From the NCBI GenBank assembly GCA_964595675.1, contig CAZQRR010000001.1, positions 3,724 through 67,723 of the forward strand: 64,000 nt of DNA, in the 5' to 3' direction. A model generated the notes under the pieces. It made no database searches and was not told the DNA's origin. It saw nothing but the letters and a program-made list of their open reading frames with translations. Positions within the stretch are counted from its first letter, which is position 1. Every line of letters begins with the position of its first letter. The stretch comes from an uncultured Rubrivirga sp. Its GTDB lineage: Bacteria > Actinomycetota > Actinomycetes > S36-B12. The translations under genes were made by a program, and so were the position numbers. Below are positions 14,507 to 23,534 of the stretch, piece by piece.

Positions 14507-16020
14507 CCGTCGGTCGTCTGGCGATTGTCCTGCATTCACACTCCCCCTGGCTGCTCGGACACGGAACCTGGCCGGTAGGCGAGGAATGGCTGCGCCAAGC
14601 CTGGGCCCATGCCTACTTACCTTTGGCCGCACTGCTTCGAGAACGAGCAGATCAAGGCCGTACGAACATGCTCACCTTGGGTATCACCCCGGTCCTGGCT
14701 GCTCAATGGGATGAACCTTCCTCGGTGGCTGAGCAATGGCGATGGATCGAGGACTGGCGCTGGAGAGCCGTCGGCAAGGGAATCGAAGCTTGCGCCCACT
14801 GTGATGCCATCGCCGGCGTAGACGCCGCTCGACAATTCGCGCTGGCCGACGCCAGCGCACGCGAATTCACCGCGCATTGGGGCGCCGGCGGCTCTGCGGC
14901 GATTCGACCGTTGGCACAAGCAGGTGCGATCGAGATCCTCGGTGGCCCGATGACGCACACCTTCACACCTCACCTACTCGATCCGATCGCAGATCTCGCA
15001 TTCGGCAGCGGTCTGACCGACACCACCGTTCGACTCGGTAGCCGCCCCGGTGGCGTCTGGACTCCCGAATGTGCCTACCGGCCGGGAGTGGAAGGTCTCC
15101 TGCAGCGCCACGGTGTGACGCACACCGTGGTGGACGGCCCGACACTTCAGGGAGTCGGAGCCTCGCTGCACAGACCGCATGTGGTCGCCGGGAGCGACGT
15201 TGTGGTCTTCGGTCGGGACCTGGACCTCACCTACCGAGTGTGGTCACCGCGCAAGGGGTATCCCGGGTCGCAGTGGTACCAGGATTTCCACACCTTCGAC
15301 CACGACTGGGGGGTGCGGGCCTTTCGGGTGACGCATCGCTCATCTCCTGCAAAGAAGCCCTATGACGCAGACCGTGCTGGCGAACAAGTTGCTCGCGACG
15401 CGATCGATTTCCTCGACCATGCACGACGCATGATGCAGGCAAGCACAGATCCCGATCCGGTGGTGGTCGTGGCATACGACACAGAACTCTTCGGCCACTG
15501 GTGGCACGAAGGTCCTGCATTCCTCGCCGAGATCCTCGATCGGGCATCCGCTGCGGGCATAGAACTGACCACCTTGGGCCGGGAGTACGAACGCGCGCAC
15601 GATTTCCCTGCCATCGAACTGCCAGCGGGAAGTTGGGGAAGCGGCAAGGACTACCGCGTATGGGAGCAGGGAGAAGCCGGCGAGCTCCGAGACATCGGAC
15701 GGGGCGCGCAATACGCGGTCATGGATCGCCTGGGGTCACTTACCCGAGAGCGGAACACCTTCAACGACGCTCTTGTCACCGAACTGCTACTTGGACTTGC
15801 TAGCGACTGGGCGTTCATGATCTCGAAAGACTCTGCGGCGGAGTACGCGCGTGAGCGGGCGCACCAGCACTTCCGTAACGTCGCCGCAATGCTGCACGCA
15901 GACCATCACACCGAGTTGGCACGTCGCGTCCCACCCGATGTACGCCTGCCATTCGTCGATGCGCGTCTTACTCGTGGGCCGAAAAGGATCAATCGCGACT
16001 CGACTGCTCCTCGAGGCTGA
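14500..16020 (+). CDS. Glycoside hydrolase family 57 protein (alpha-glucan branching-enzyme-like, DUF1957 type)
   Basis: N-terminal LAIVLHSHSPW...GEEWL motif typical of GH57, 506 aa. It follows the methyltransferase as in the mycobacterial MGLP locus (Rv3031-like). Confidence 0.8.
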   Translation: MVTVGRLAIVLHSHSPWLLGHGTWPVGEEWLRQAWAHAYLPLAALLRERADQGRTNMLTLGITPVLAAQWDEPSSVAEQWRWIEDWRWRAVGKGIEACAHCDAIAGVDAARQFALADASAREFTAHWGAGGSAAIRPLAQAGAIEILGGPMTHTFTPHLLDPIADLAFGSGLTDTTVRLGSRPGGVWTPECAYRPGVEGLLQRHGVTHTVVDGPTLQGVGASLHRPHVVAGSDVVVFGRDLDLTYRVWSPRKGYPGSQWYQDFHTFDHDWGVRAFRVTHRSSPAKKPYDADRAGEQVARDAIDFLDHARRMMQASTDPDPVVVVAYDTELFGHWWHEGPAFLAEILDRASAAGIELTTLGREYERAHDFPAIELPAGSWGSGKDYRVWEQGEAGELRDIGRGAQYAVMDRLGSLTRERNTFNDALVTELLLGLASDWAFMISKDSAAEYARERAHQHFRNVAAMLHADHHTELARRVPPDVRLPFVDARLTRGPKRINRDSTAPRG

Positions 16021-16723
16021 CATCGGAGATTCTGCGCATCGTCGCCTCGCGGGCTTTACGGGCCATGTCCGCCACATCAAGTCGCACTCTCTCCTGCTCT
16101 GCCTCCCGCGCACGCCGATCGACCAGAACCCTCGCCGGCACTCCCCCGGCGATGCTGAACTCGGGGATGTCCCCCCGAACCACGGCATTGGCAGCAACAA
16201 CGCTGCCCTGGCCTACACGTGATCCGCGCAGGATCGTCGACTTCACCCCCAACCACACATCAGGGCCGATGGTGACCGGACTCTTCACCAATCCCTGCCG
16301 CCTGATGGGAAGTGACGTCAGTTCGGTTCGGTGATCGAAGTCTCCGATGTAGACGAAATCGGCGATGATGCACTCGGCACCGATCTGAACGTCCAGGTGA
16401 CAGTTGACGGTGTTGTTCTGCCCGAACACGCACTTGTCACCGATCCGCAATGTTCCTTCGTGTGCACGTAGCACGGTGCCATCGCCCAAGTGCACCCATC
16501 GACCCAGGACTATCCGACCTAGATGCCGACGCCGCTCGATCTTCACCCGCGCCCCGAGGAACACCGGTCCGGTCACCACCACATCAGGGTGCGTGATGCG
16601 CAGGCGGATGAAGCGCCAATAGCGAATCAGATACCAACGGCTCCACGCTTTGTTCCGGACGATCCACCGAAGGGTGGACCAGTCGAACCATCGCCACGCC
16701 ACATCCTGAGCACTAACGGACAT
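15989..16723 (-). CDS. Hexapeptide-repeat (left-handed beta-helix) acetyltransferase
   Basis: Repeated [LIV]G-x4 hexapeptides (IGAECIIADFVYIGD, IGPDVWLGVKSTIL, VGQGSVVAANAVV). Its 3' end overlaps the convergent GH57 3' end by 32 nt. Confidence 0.8.
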   Translation of the reverse strand: MSVSAQDVAWRWFDWSTLRWIVRNKAWSRWYLIRYWRFIRLRITHPDVVVTGPVFLGARVKIERRRHLGRIVLGRWVHLGDGTVLRAHEGTLRIGDKCVFGQNNTVNCHLDVQIGAECIIADFVYIGDFDHRTELTSLPIRRQGLVKSPVTIGPDVWLGVKSTILRGSRVGQGSVVAANAVVRGDIPEFSIAGGVPARVLVDRRAREAEQERVRLDVADMARKAREATMRRISDVSLEEQSSRD

Positions 16724-17966
16724 CGAAGAGAAGATTTCCCTCGAGCTTCATCTGCTCATCGTGCAGGTCGGGTTCTCGCGAGTGCCCCGCTTCACACTGG
16801 TACTGGCGCACAGTTCGTTCGGCGATCGCCGCCCAACCGTGATGCGTTCGAACATGTGCCCGTGCCGCATGCGCCCGTTCCCGCGCCAGGTCCGGATGGT
16901 CGATGCATTCGAGCAACGCGTTGGCCAAGCCTGCGGCGCTACCGGCCTCGAATCCCCAGCCGTGCGCGTCATCGGACAAGAATTCCGTCAGTCCTCCCGA
17001 CCGCGCCGCCACCACCGGCGTCCCAACGCTCGCAGCTTCGAGGGCCACGATGCCGAAAGGCTCGTAGATCGATGGGACGATCGCCACATCGGCTGCGGCC
17101 ACCAGCGCGCGCAGGTTCGACTCCGGTAACCACCCTTGCAGATGCACACGCCCGGCTACACGTTTGCGCTTGGCAAGCTCGGTCAGCGACGCGCTCTGAG
17201 ATCCGCGGCCAGCCATCACGCACTGAACATCGGGGAGACGACGCTTGATTCTCGGGAGTGCCTCGATGATCGTGTGCGCACCCTTCTCCCACTCGAGCCG
17301 ACCCGTGTGGACGAGGAGGACACCCGGGTACTGCGCCCTGATCTCGTCACGCAAGCGCGCATCGACCAAGGTGGCCGAGATATCGACTCCGTTGGGGATC
17401 ACCACGGCATCAGGCATACCGAACAGGCGATCGACCTCCCACTTCATGTGCTGACTGCAGACAAGTACGCGGTCAGCGCCGTGCACCGACCATCGTTCGA
17501 TGCTGTGAATGGCACGCGACAGCGCACCGGGAAGCCACCCTTGATGCCTACCGGCTTCAGTTGCATGCACGGTATGCACCCAAGGAACGTGCAGAGCCTC
17601 ACTGACCAACGAACATGCGTGAGCGGTCAGCCAGTCGTGGCCGTGGACGACGTCGGGCGTCCAGGAGCGACCGAGATCGAGCCCGGATCGAGTCATGGCC
17701 GACGCCAATCCACTCACCCAACCGAGCAAGGTGTCCGGCTCGAACGGCACGAAGGGAGCGTCGCGCACGACGCGGATCACCCGGACCCCGTCTACCGTCT
17801 CATCCGTGGGTGGCGTGGTTCCGTCGTCGGCGTCTATCCCCACGTGTGAGATGACAACCACTTCGTGACCAGCTCGCACCTGCTCGCGAGCAATGGCGTA
17901 CACATGCCTACCCAATCCGCCGTAGACGACCGGCGGGTACTCCCACGACAGGTGACAGATGCGCAC
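16713..17966 (-). CDS. GT4-family glycosyltransferase (alpha-1,4-glucosyltransferase / Rv3032-like)
   Basis: ICHLSWEYPPVVYGGLGRHV N-terminus and the E-x7-E region (PSIYEPFGIVALEAASVGTPVV). The 546-aa ORF is trimmed to GTG 17964-17966, which overlaps the upstream TAG by 1 nt. Confidence 0.85.
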   Translation of the reverse strand: MRICHLSWEYPPVVYGGLGRHVYAIAREQVRAGHEVVVISHVGIDADDGTTPPTDETVDGVRVIRVVRDAPFVPFEPDTLLGWVSGLASAMTRSGLDLGRSWTPDVVHGHDWLTAHACSLVSEALHVPWVHTVHATEAGRHQGWLPGALSRAIHSIERWSVHGADRVLVCSQHMKWEVDRLFGMPDAVVIPNGVDISATLVDARLRDEIRAQYPGVLLVHTGRLEWEKGAHTIIEALPRIKRRLPDVQCVMAGRGSQSASLTELAKRKRVAGRVHLQGWLPESNLRALVAAADVAIVPSIYEPFGIVALEAASVGTPVVAARSGGLTEFLSDDAHGWGFEAGSAAGLANALLECIDHPDLARERAHAARAHVRTHHGWAAIAERTVRQYQCEAGHSREPDLHDEQMKLEGNLLFDVR

Positions 17967-18901
17967 TAGGGCTTCACCCCCGAGACGCACACGTTGTAGA
18001 AGAAGGCACCCGGGACCACCCGCGCCAGCACGTTTCGATCCACGGCGTTGAGACGCTGCCAAGTTCGGTACGCGAAATTCGCCCATCCCCAACCCAGTAC
18101 CCCTGGGCGAACAGCGGCCTCGAAGGTGCGCACCGGCCAGCCGAACCAGGCGGCCGTCAGTTCCTGAGTTGACGTTCGAACATCCACCGCCCCCGCGCGC
18201 ATGCAGGCTGCAGCCAAGCGGTTCGGGTCGAACGTGTGAAGGTCGACGATCGCTTCGAGAGCAGCCTCGCGCGAGGACATCACGAGTTCTTCTTCGCTGC
18301 GCACCCAGGAGGACGGCAATCCCGGAATGCTCGCAGCACGCCTGGTAGACCACCAGGTGGCGCGCGACAGGCGACGAGCGATGAAATCGCCCTTGGCCGT
18401 CGGCTCACCGCAAATCACGAACCTGCCACCGGGCTTCAAAACGCGCAGCATCTCCCGCAAAGCTGTGTCGACATCGGGAATGTGGTGCAAGAAGGCGTGT
18501 CCGACCACGAGGTCGAACGTCCCATCACCGAACGGAAGGGCCTCGGCATCGGCAACCTCACCGGAAACATCGAGACCCAAGGACGTTCCATTCGCGACCG
18601 CCCGATCGACCATGCCTGCGGAGATATCGGTGATGGTGCCCCGACGGGCGATGCCCGACTGCATCAAGTTGAGCAGGAAGAAGCCCGTTCCCCCGCCTAC
18701 TTCCAAGGCCGAGTCCACGGGCTTGAAGGACGATTGGCCGACTGCCTGATCGAACAGGTCGCGGGCATAATCGATGCACCGCTGGTCGTAGGAGATGCTC
18801 CACTTATCGTCGTATGTCGATGCTTCCCAGTCGTGATAGACGACATTCGCCAGCTTCGGGTCGTCCCAGGCAGCATCGATGCGATCGAAGGACATTCCCA
18901 C
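17966..18901 (-). CDS. Class I SAM-dependent methyltransferase (Rv3037c-like)
   Basis: SAM motif ALEVGGGTGFFLLNL and the FDLVVGHAFLHHIPD motif; 311 aa. Confidence 0.8.
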   Translation of the reverse strand: MGMSFDRIDAAWDDPKLANVVYHDWEASTYDDKWSISYDQRCIDYARDLFDQAVGQSSFKPVDSALEVGGGTGFFLLNLMQSGIARRGTITDISAGMVDRAVANGTSLGLDVSGEVADAEALPFGDGTFDLVVGHAFLHHIPDVDTALREMLRVLKPGGRFVICGEPTAKGDFIARRLSRATWWSTRRAASIPGLPSSWVRSEEELVMSSREAALEAIVDLHTFDPNRLAAACMRAGAVDVRTSTQELTAAWFGWPVRTFEAAVRPGVLGWGWANFAYRTWQRLNAVDRNVLARVVPGAFFYNVCVSGVKP

Positions 18902-18907
18902 GAAACC

Positions 18908-19687
18908 TCAGCGTCCGGTGAATTCGGCTTGACCTGGACCCTTGTCCAGGAAGGTCTCCATGCCGATACGTTGATCCTCGGTCGCGAAGAGCGCACTGAA
19001 GTGTGCCCGCTCGATCTCCAATCCTGTTTCCAGATCAACTTCCAGCCCCGTATCGATCGCGGCCTTCGCAGCCTGCAAGGCGATACGCGGCCCCCGAGCC
19101 AAGGCCGCAGCCCACTGCACCGCCTGGTCGTAGACATCGTCGGGCGAACAAACCCGATCGACGAGTCCGATCGCGAGGGCCTCCTCTGCGTTGACGAAGC
19201 GGCCGCTGAAGACCAAATCCTTAGCTCGCGCCGGACCCACCAAGCGCGGGAGGCGCTGCGTGCCACCGGCCCCGGGGATGATTCCGAGCGCGATCTCCGG
19301 TTGACCGATTTTCGCGTTATCGCCCATCACCCGGAAGTCACAGCACATCGCAAGTTCCAAACCTCCACCTAGCGCATAACCGGTTATGGCGGCGATAGTC
19401 GGTTGCGGAATGCGCGCTACGGAGGTGAAGGCGGACCGAAGTGCCCGAGACGCCGATGCCATTTCCGCATAAGTCATCGAGGACATTTCGGCGATGTCTG
19501 CTCCCGCAGCGAAGACCTTCGGGCCACCGAAGAGCACGACCGCACCGACCCCAGCGTCTTCCGACACAGCTTCTGCCGCCTGACCGATCTCCTTTTGCAC
19601 CTGGGCGTTCAAGGCATTCATGGGCGGACGCTTGAGCAAGATGGTCGCAACGCCCGACTCGGTGCTCACGTCCACGAATTCCGCCAT
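18908..19687 (-). CDS. Enoyl-CoA hydratase/isomerase (crotonase family)
   Basis: 259 aa. Crotonase oxyanion-hole motifs (FAAGADI, GYALGGGLELAMCCD). Confidence 0.9.
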   Translation of the reverse strand: MAEFVDVSTESGVATILLKRPPMNALNAQVQKEIGQAAEAVSEDAGVGAVVLFGGPKVFAAGADIAEMSSMTYAEMASASRALRSAFTSVARIPQPTIAAITGYALGGGLELAMCCDFRVMGDNAKIGQPEIALGIIPGAGGTQRLPRLVGPARAKDLVFSGRFVNAEEALAIGLVDRVCSPDDVYDQAVQWAAALARGPRIALQAAKAAIDTGLEVDLETGLEIERAHFSALFATEDQRIGMETFLDKGPGQAEFTGR

Positions 19688-19783
19688 GCCGACTCTCCCT
19701 ACCTGTGCGTACCGTCAAGCTCGACTCGCCCGATCTCGACGTGCGCTCGAGCGTAGCCCTCTGCGCGGGCCGGCACGCGGACA

Positions 19784-21895
19784 GTGATGGGTTCGGCTAT
19801 CCCGCGATACCGTCCTGCAGTGACAAGGGACGGCGCCCCGATGCTCGACTCCCCGTCGTGGCATCCGTGGGGTTGGGATCCCCTCGGTGTTCGGATGGAC
19901 TCCACCGGCGTCTTATCCGTTGCCCTGTGGGCACAGGGCGCCGAGCGCGTCGAGTTCTGCGTGTTGGACCAGACCGGTGAGTACCGCATCGAACTACCGG
20001 ATCGCATCCACCATGTCTTCCACGGCCGGGTCAGCGGCGTGGCTCCGGGCACGCGGTACGGCTTCCGGGTCCATGGCCCGTGGGATCCCGCTTCCGGTAT
20101 GCGATGGAACCCCGCCAAGTTGCTCATCGATCCCTATGCGCGGGCCATCGATGGAAGCTTCGTCCTCGACCCGGCCGTCTTCGACTACATCGAAGGTGAC
20201 CTCGATCGGCGAAGTGACCTGGACAGCGCCGCCTTCGTACCGAAGTCGATTGTGATCGACACCGCCTTCGATTGGGGCCTGGACGCACTTCCGCAAATCC
20301 CCTGGCACGACACCGTCATCTACGAAACACACGTGCGCGGATTGACAATGCAGCACCCGCTCGTCCCCGCGGAGCAGCGCGGAACATTCGCAGGAGCTGC
20401 GCACCCGGCGGTGATCGATCACCTCGTGAGACTCGGGGTCACGACAGTCGAACTCCTGCCCGTCCACCACTTCGTCTCCGAAGTGCACCTGCTGCGGAAC
20501 GGACTGAGCAACTACTGGGGCTACAACACGATCGGGTTTTTTGCTCCGCATGCGCAATATGCAGCGGCGGATCATCCAGGCGGTCAGGTTCGCGAGTTCC
20601 AGCAGATGATCAAGGCGTACCACGCGGCTGGGCTGGAAGTGATCATTGATGTGGTCTACAACCATACGGCGGAAGGTGGTGTCGATGGCCCCACGCTGTC
20701 CTTCCGAGGAATCGGCAACGACCACTACTACCTGACACACGATGGTGGCCGTTACGTCGACTACACCGGCTGCGGCAACACATTGGACGCTTCCCATCCT
20801 CATGTATTGCAGATGATCTTGGATTCACTTCGCTACTGGGCCACCGAGATGCACGTCGATGGTTTCCGCTTCGACCTCACGTCCACCCTCGCTCGCTCAC
20901 TGCACGACGTGAACATGCTGGGCAACTTCATGTCCGCGATCCAGCAGGATCCGGTGTTACGCCGTCTGAAACTGATCGCCGAGCCATGGGATGTAGGTCC
21001 GGGTGGTTACCAGGTGGGTGAATTCCCGGTTCTGTGGGCCGAATGGAACGACCGATTCCGGGACACCACCCGCTCTTTCTGGCGCGGTTCGACCGATCTG
21101 GCCGATCTCGGATGGCGCTTGAGTGGCTCGGCCGATCTCTACGCCCCGGAGGGCCGTAGACCGTTCTCCAGCATCAATTTCGTCACCGCGCACGATGGCT
21201 TCACCTTGCGGGATCTCGTGACATACGAGCACAAGCACAACGAAGCCAATCTCGAGGACAACCGCGACGGCAACGACAACAACCTTTCCGCCAATTACGG
21301 AGTCGAAGGCGAAACAGACGACCCTGCCATCAACGCCGTCCGACATCGACAGATGCGCAATCTCTTGACCACCTGCGTGCTGTCCTCGGGTGTGCCGATG
21401 ATCTCCGGCGGCGACGAATTCGGGCGCACGCAGCGCGGCAACAACAACGCCTACTGTCAAGACAACGAGGTCAGTTGGTACGACTGGAACTGGCAGCCGT
21501 GGCAGAGGGAATTCCTGGATTTCACTCGGCACTTGATCCATCTACGTAAGACCAACCCCGCGTTTCGTCGACAGCACTTCTTCGCAGACGATCCAGGAGA
21601 GGGCGGCAAGGATGTGCTGTGGTGGCATCCCGAAGGACGGGAACTGATTCACGAGGACTGGACTGATGCGCAGCAGCGCTGTCTGGGCATGATCGTGTCG
21701 AATGGGTCGCGCGTTGACGACGCCGGTTCGTTCCTGGTCGCGATGAACGCTGCCGGCCAAGCCATCGACTTCACACTGCCCGAGTCCTTCGCCCGATCCT
21801 CCATCGAGATCCACACTTGCAGCGAACCGCCGGTCATGCTGCACGGTGTCCTGCACCTGCCCGCCCGAAGCACGGTCATCCTTTCCGCTTCTTGA
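19784..21895 (+). CDS. glgX: Glycogen debranching enzyme (isoamylase type)
   Basis: GH13 motifs (DVVYNHT, GFRFDL, EPWD, FVTAHDGF). The true start may be the internal ATG at 19841 (MLDSPSW). Confidence 0.9.
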   Translation: MMGSAIPRYRPAVTRDGAPMLDSPSWHPWGWDPLGVRMDSTGVLSVALWAQGAERVEFCVLDQTGEYRIELPDRIHHVFHGRVSGVAPGTRYGFRVHGPWDPASGMRWNPAKLLIDPYARAIDGSFVLDPAVFDYIEGDLDRRSDLDSAAFVPKSIVIDTAFDWGLDALPQIPWHDTVIYETHVRGLTMQHPLVPAEQRGTFAGAAHPAVIDHLVRLGVTTVELLPVHHFVSEVHLLRNGLSNYWGYNTIGFFAPHAQYAAADHPGGQVREFQQMIKAYHAAGLEVIIDVVYNHTAEGGVDGPTLSFRGIGNDHYYLTHDGGRYVDYTGCGNTLDASHPHVLQMILDSLRYWATEMHVDGFRFDLTSTLARSLHDVNMLGNFMSAIQQDPVLRRLKLIAEPWDVGPGGYQVGEFPVLWAEWNDRFRDTTRSFWRGSTDLADLGWRLSGSADLYAPEGRRPFSSINFVTAHDGFTLRDLVTYEHKHNEANLEDNRDGNDNNLSANYGVEGETDDPAINAVRHRQMRNLLTTCVLSSGVPMISGGDEFGRTQRGNNNAYCQDNEVSWYDWNWQPWQREFLDFTRHLIHLRKTNPAFRRQHFFADDPGEGGKDVLWWHPEGRELIHEDWTDAQQRCLGMIVSNGSRVDDAGSFLVAMNAAGQAIDFTLPESFARSSIEIHTCSEPPVMLHGVLHLPARSTVILSAS

Positions 21896-21950
21896 GAAGG
21901 GCAGTCACAACAAGCACCAAGACGAGGGCACGGGCAATACAGTCGGACAC

Positions 21951-22949
21951 ATGGAGTTCCGCCACCTCGGCCGCAGCGGCTTGAAGATCAGTGCCATCAC
22001 CTACGGCAATTGGATAACGCACGGCTCACAGGTCGACGACGCAACGGCCCATGCCACGATCCACGCAGCTTTGAATGCGGGTATCACCACCTTCGACACC
22101 GCCGATGTCTATGCCGGAACCCGAGCAGAAGAGGTCATGGGAGCCGCGCTTCGAGGCCAACGCCGAGAAGGACTGGAGATATTCACCAAGGTCTACTGGC
22201 CCACAGGCCCGGGCGTGAACGACCGCGGTCTCTCGCGCAAGCACATCATGGAATCGTGCGAGAACTCACTTCGCCGCCTCCAGACCGACTATGTGGATCT
22301 CTACCAAGCGCACCGTTTCGACTATGGAACCCCGCTCGAGGAAACCTTGCGGGCATTCGATGATCTGGTCCGCCAAGGAAAAGTGCTGTACGTGGGTGTA
22401 TCGGAGTGGAAGGCCGAGCAGATTCGGGAGGCCCACCGCATTGCCGCGGACATGGGTTTCGATCCCATCATCAGCAACCAGCCCCAGTACTCGATGCTCT
22501 ACCGGGTGATCGAGGCCGACGTCGTGCCGACCTGTGAGGAACTCGGCGTGAGCCAAATCGTGTGGTCACCGATGGCGCAGGGGGTGTTGACCGGCAAGTA
22601 CCTCCCCGGGGAGCAGCCACCCAGCGGATCGCGGGCATCCGGGGGCGAGGGTGCGCAGATGATCGAACGATGGATGCGCGACGACGTCCTCCACGCCGTT
22701 CAACGTCTGGTTCCTATCGCCGCGGACATGAACCTCACGCTGTCGCAGTTGGCGATCGCCTGGGTGCTCAAGAATCCGAATGTGGCGGCAGCCATCATCG
22801 GAGCGTCCCAGCCCGAGCAGATCGACGAGAACGTCAAGGCAGCGGGAGTGTCGTTGCCGGATGACGTCATGAGCGCGATCGACTACGCCCTCGGCGACCT
22901 AGTGGTCACCGACCCTGCCCTTACCGAGTCACCCAACCCGCGACCGTAA
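21951..22949 (+). CDS. Aldo/keto reductase (Kv-beta / YghZ-like)
   Basis: MEFRHLGRSGLKISAITYGNW..., FDTADVYA, SRKHI motifs. The ORF is trimmed to ATG 21951. Confidence 0.9.
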   Translation: MEFRHLGRSGLKISAITYGNWITHGSQVDDATAHATIHAALNAGITTFDTADVYAGTRAEEVMGAALRGQRREGLEIFTKVYWPTGPGVNDRGLSRKHIMESCENSLRRLQTDYVDLYQAHRFDYGTPLEETLRAFDDLVRQGKVLYVGVSEWKAEQIREAHRIAADMGFDPIISNQPQYSMLYRVIEADVVPTCEELGVSQIVWSPMAQGVLTGKYLPGEQPPSGSRASGGEGAQMIERWMRDDVLHAVQRLVPIAADMNLTLSQLAIAWVLKNPNVAAAIIGASQPEQIDENVKAAGVSLPDDVMSAIDYALGDLVVTDPALTESPNPRP

Positions 22950-22976
22950 AGCGAATCCACGAGAAGGGAACCCGCC

Positions 22977-23183
22977 ATGGGATGGACTTGGAGGTACGAA
23001 AGTGCCGACGGCACGCAACTGCAGCCAAGAAGTGGGACGTTCGAACAATTCAGCAACCAGGCAGAAGCCGAGTCCTGGTTAGGCGAGGCATTCCGCGCCC
23101 TCCTCGACGAGGGAGTCGACCAGGTGTCCTTGCTGAACGACGGGAACGACGTCTATTCGATGGGCCTGCATCCGGCGGACTAG
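22977..23183 (+). CDS. Small conserved hypothetical protein (68 aa)
   Basis: ATG preceded by GAGAAGGGAA, coding-like composition, acidic soluble protein. No recognisable family. Confidence 0.5.
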   Translation: MGWTWRYESADGTQLQPRSGTFEQFSNQAEAESWLGEAFRALLDEGVDQVSLLNDGNDVYSMGLHPAD

Positions 23184-23244
23184 GCCCGGTGTCGGATAGT
23201 CCCGATTTCAATCAGCATCCGCTACGCGCGGGGCTTTGACACCG

Positions 23245-23400
23245 ATACCCGATCCATGGTCGGATTCGCACCACAACTGAATGCACGCGCTCGACGTCCA
23301 GGGGAAGCCGGTGCAAATCCGGCGCTGTCCCGCAACCGTGAGTTCTCCGAGGTTCACACCTCGATCTGAATAAGTCGGAGCACCTGGCGAGCGCGAGCGG
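23245..23400 (+). promoter_or_regulatory. Cobalamin (AdoCbl) riboswitch aptamer
   Basis: AGGGGAAGCCGGTGCAAATCCGGCGCTGTCCCGCAACCGTGA (23300-23341) matches the conserved core. AGTCGGAGCACCTGG (23373-23387) matches the B12 box. It lies in the 351-nt leader of the 23535 operon. Outer boundaries are approximate. Confidence 0.85.
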
Positions 23401-23450
23401 CTCCATCCGTCGAGGTAACGGGACGAGTCCACGGGTCATTCCCTGACGCG

Positions 23451-23484
23451 TCCCTCATGCCACCTGCATGAGGGATTTTCGTTT
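23451..23484 (+). terminator. Intrinsic terminator/attenuator (riboswitch expression platform)
   Basis: Stem TCCCTCATG (23451-23459) / CATGAGGGA (23467-23475), 7-nt loop, then TTTTCGTTT. It sits 50 nt upstream of the first start codon. Confidence 0.75.
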
Positions 23485-23534
23485 GGCGGCTCAAGGACAA
23501 CGCTCCGGACCGCTCACTAGAAGGGGATCGACCT

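Noticed and set aside
18236-19372. 378-aa plus-strand ORF
   Set aside because: It spans the methyltransferase and enoyl-CoA hydratase genes on the opposite strand. Shadow ORF.
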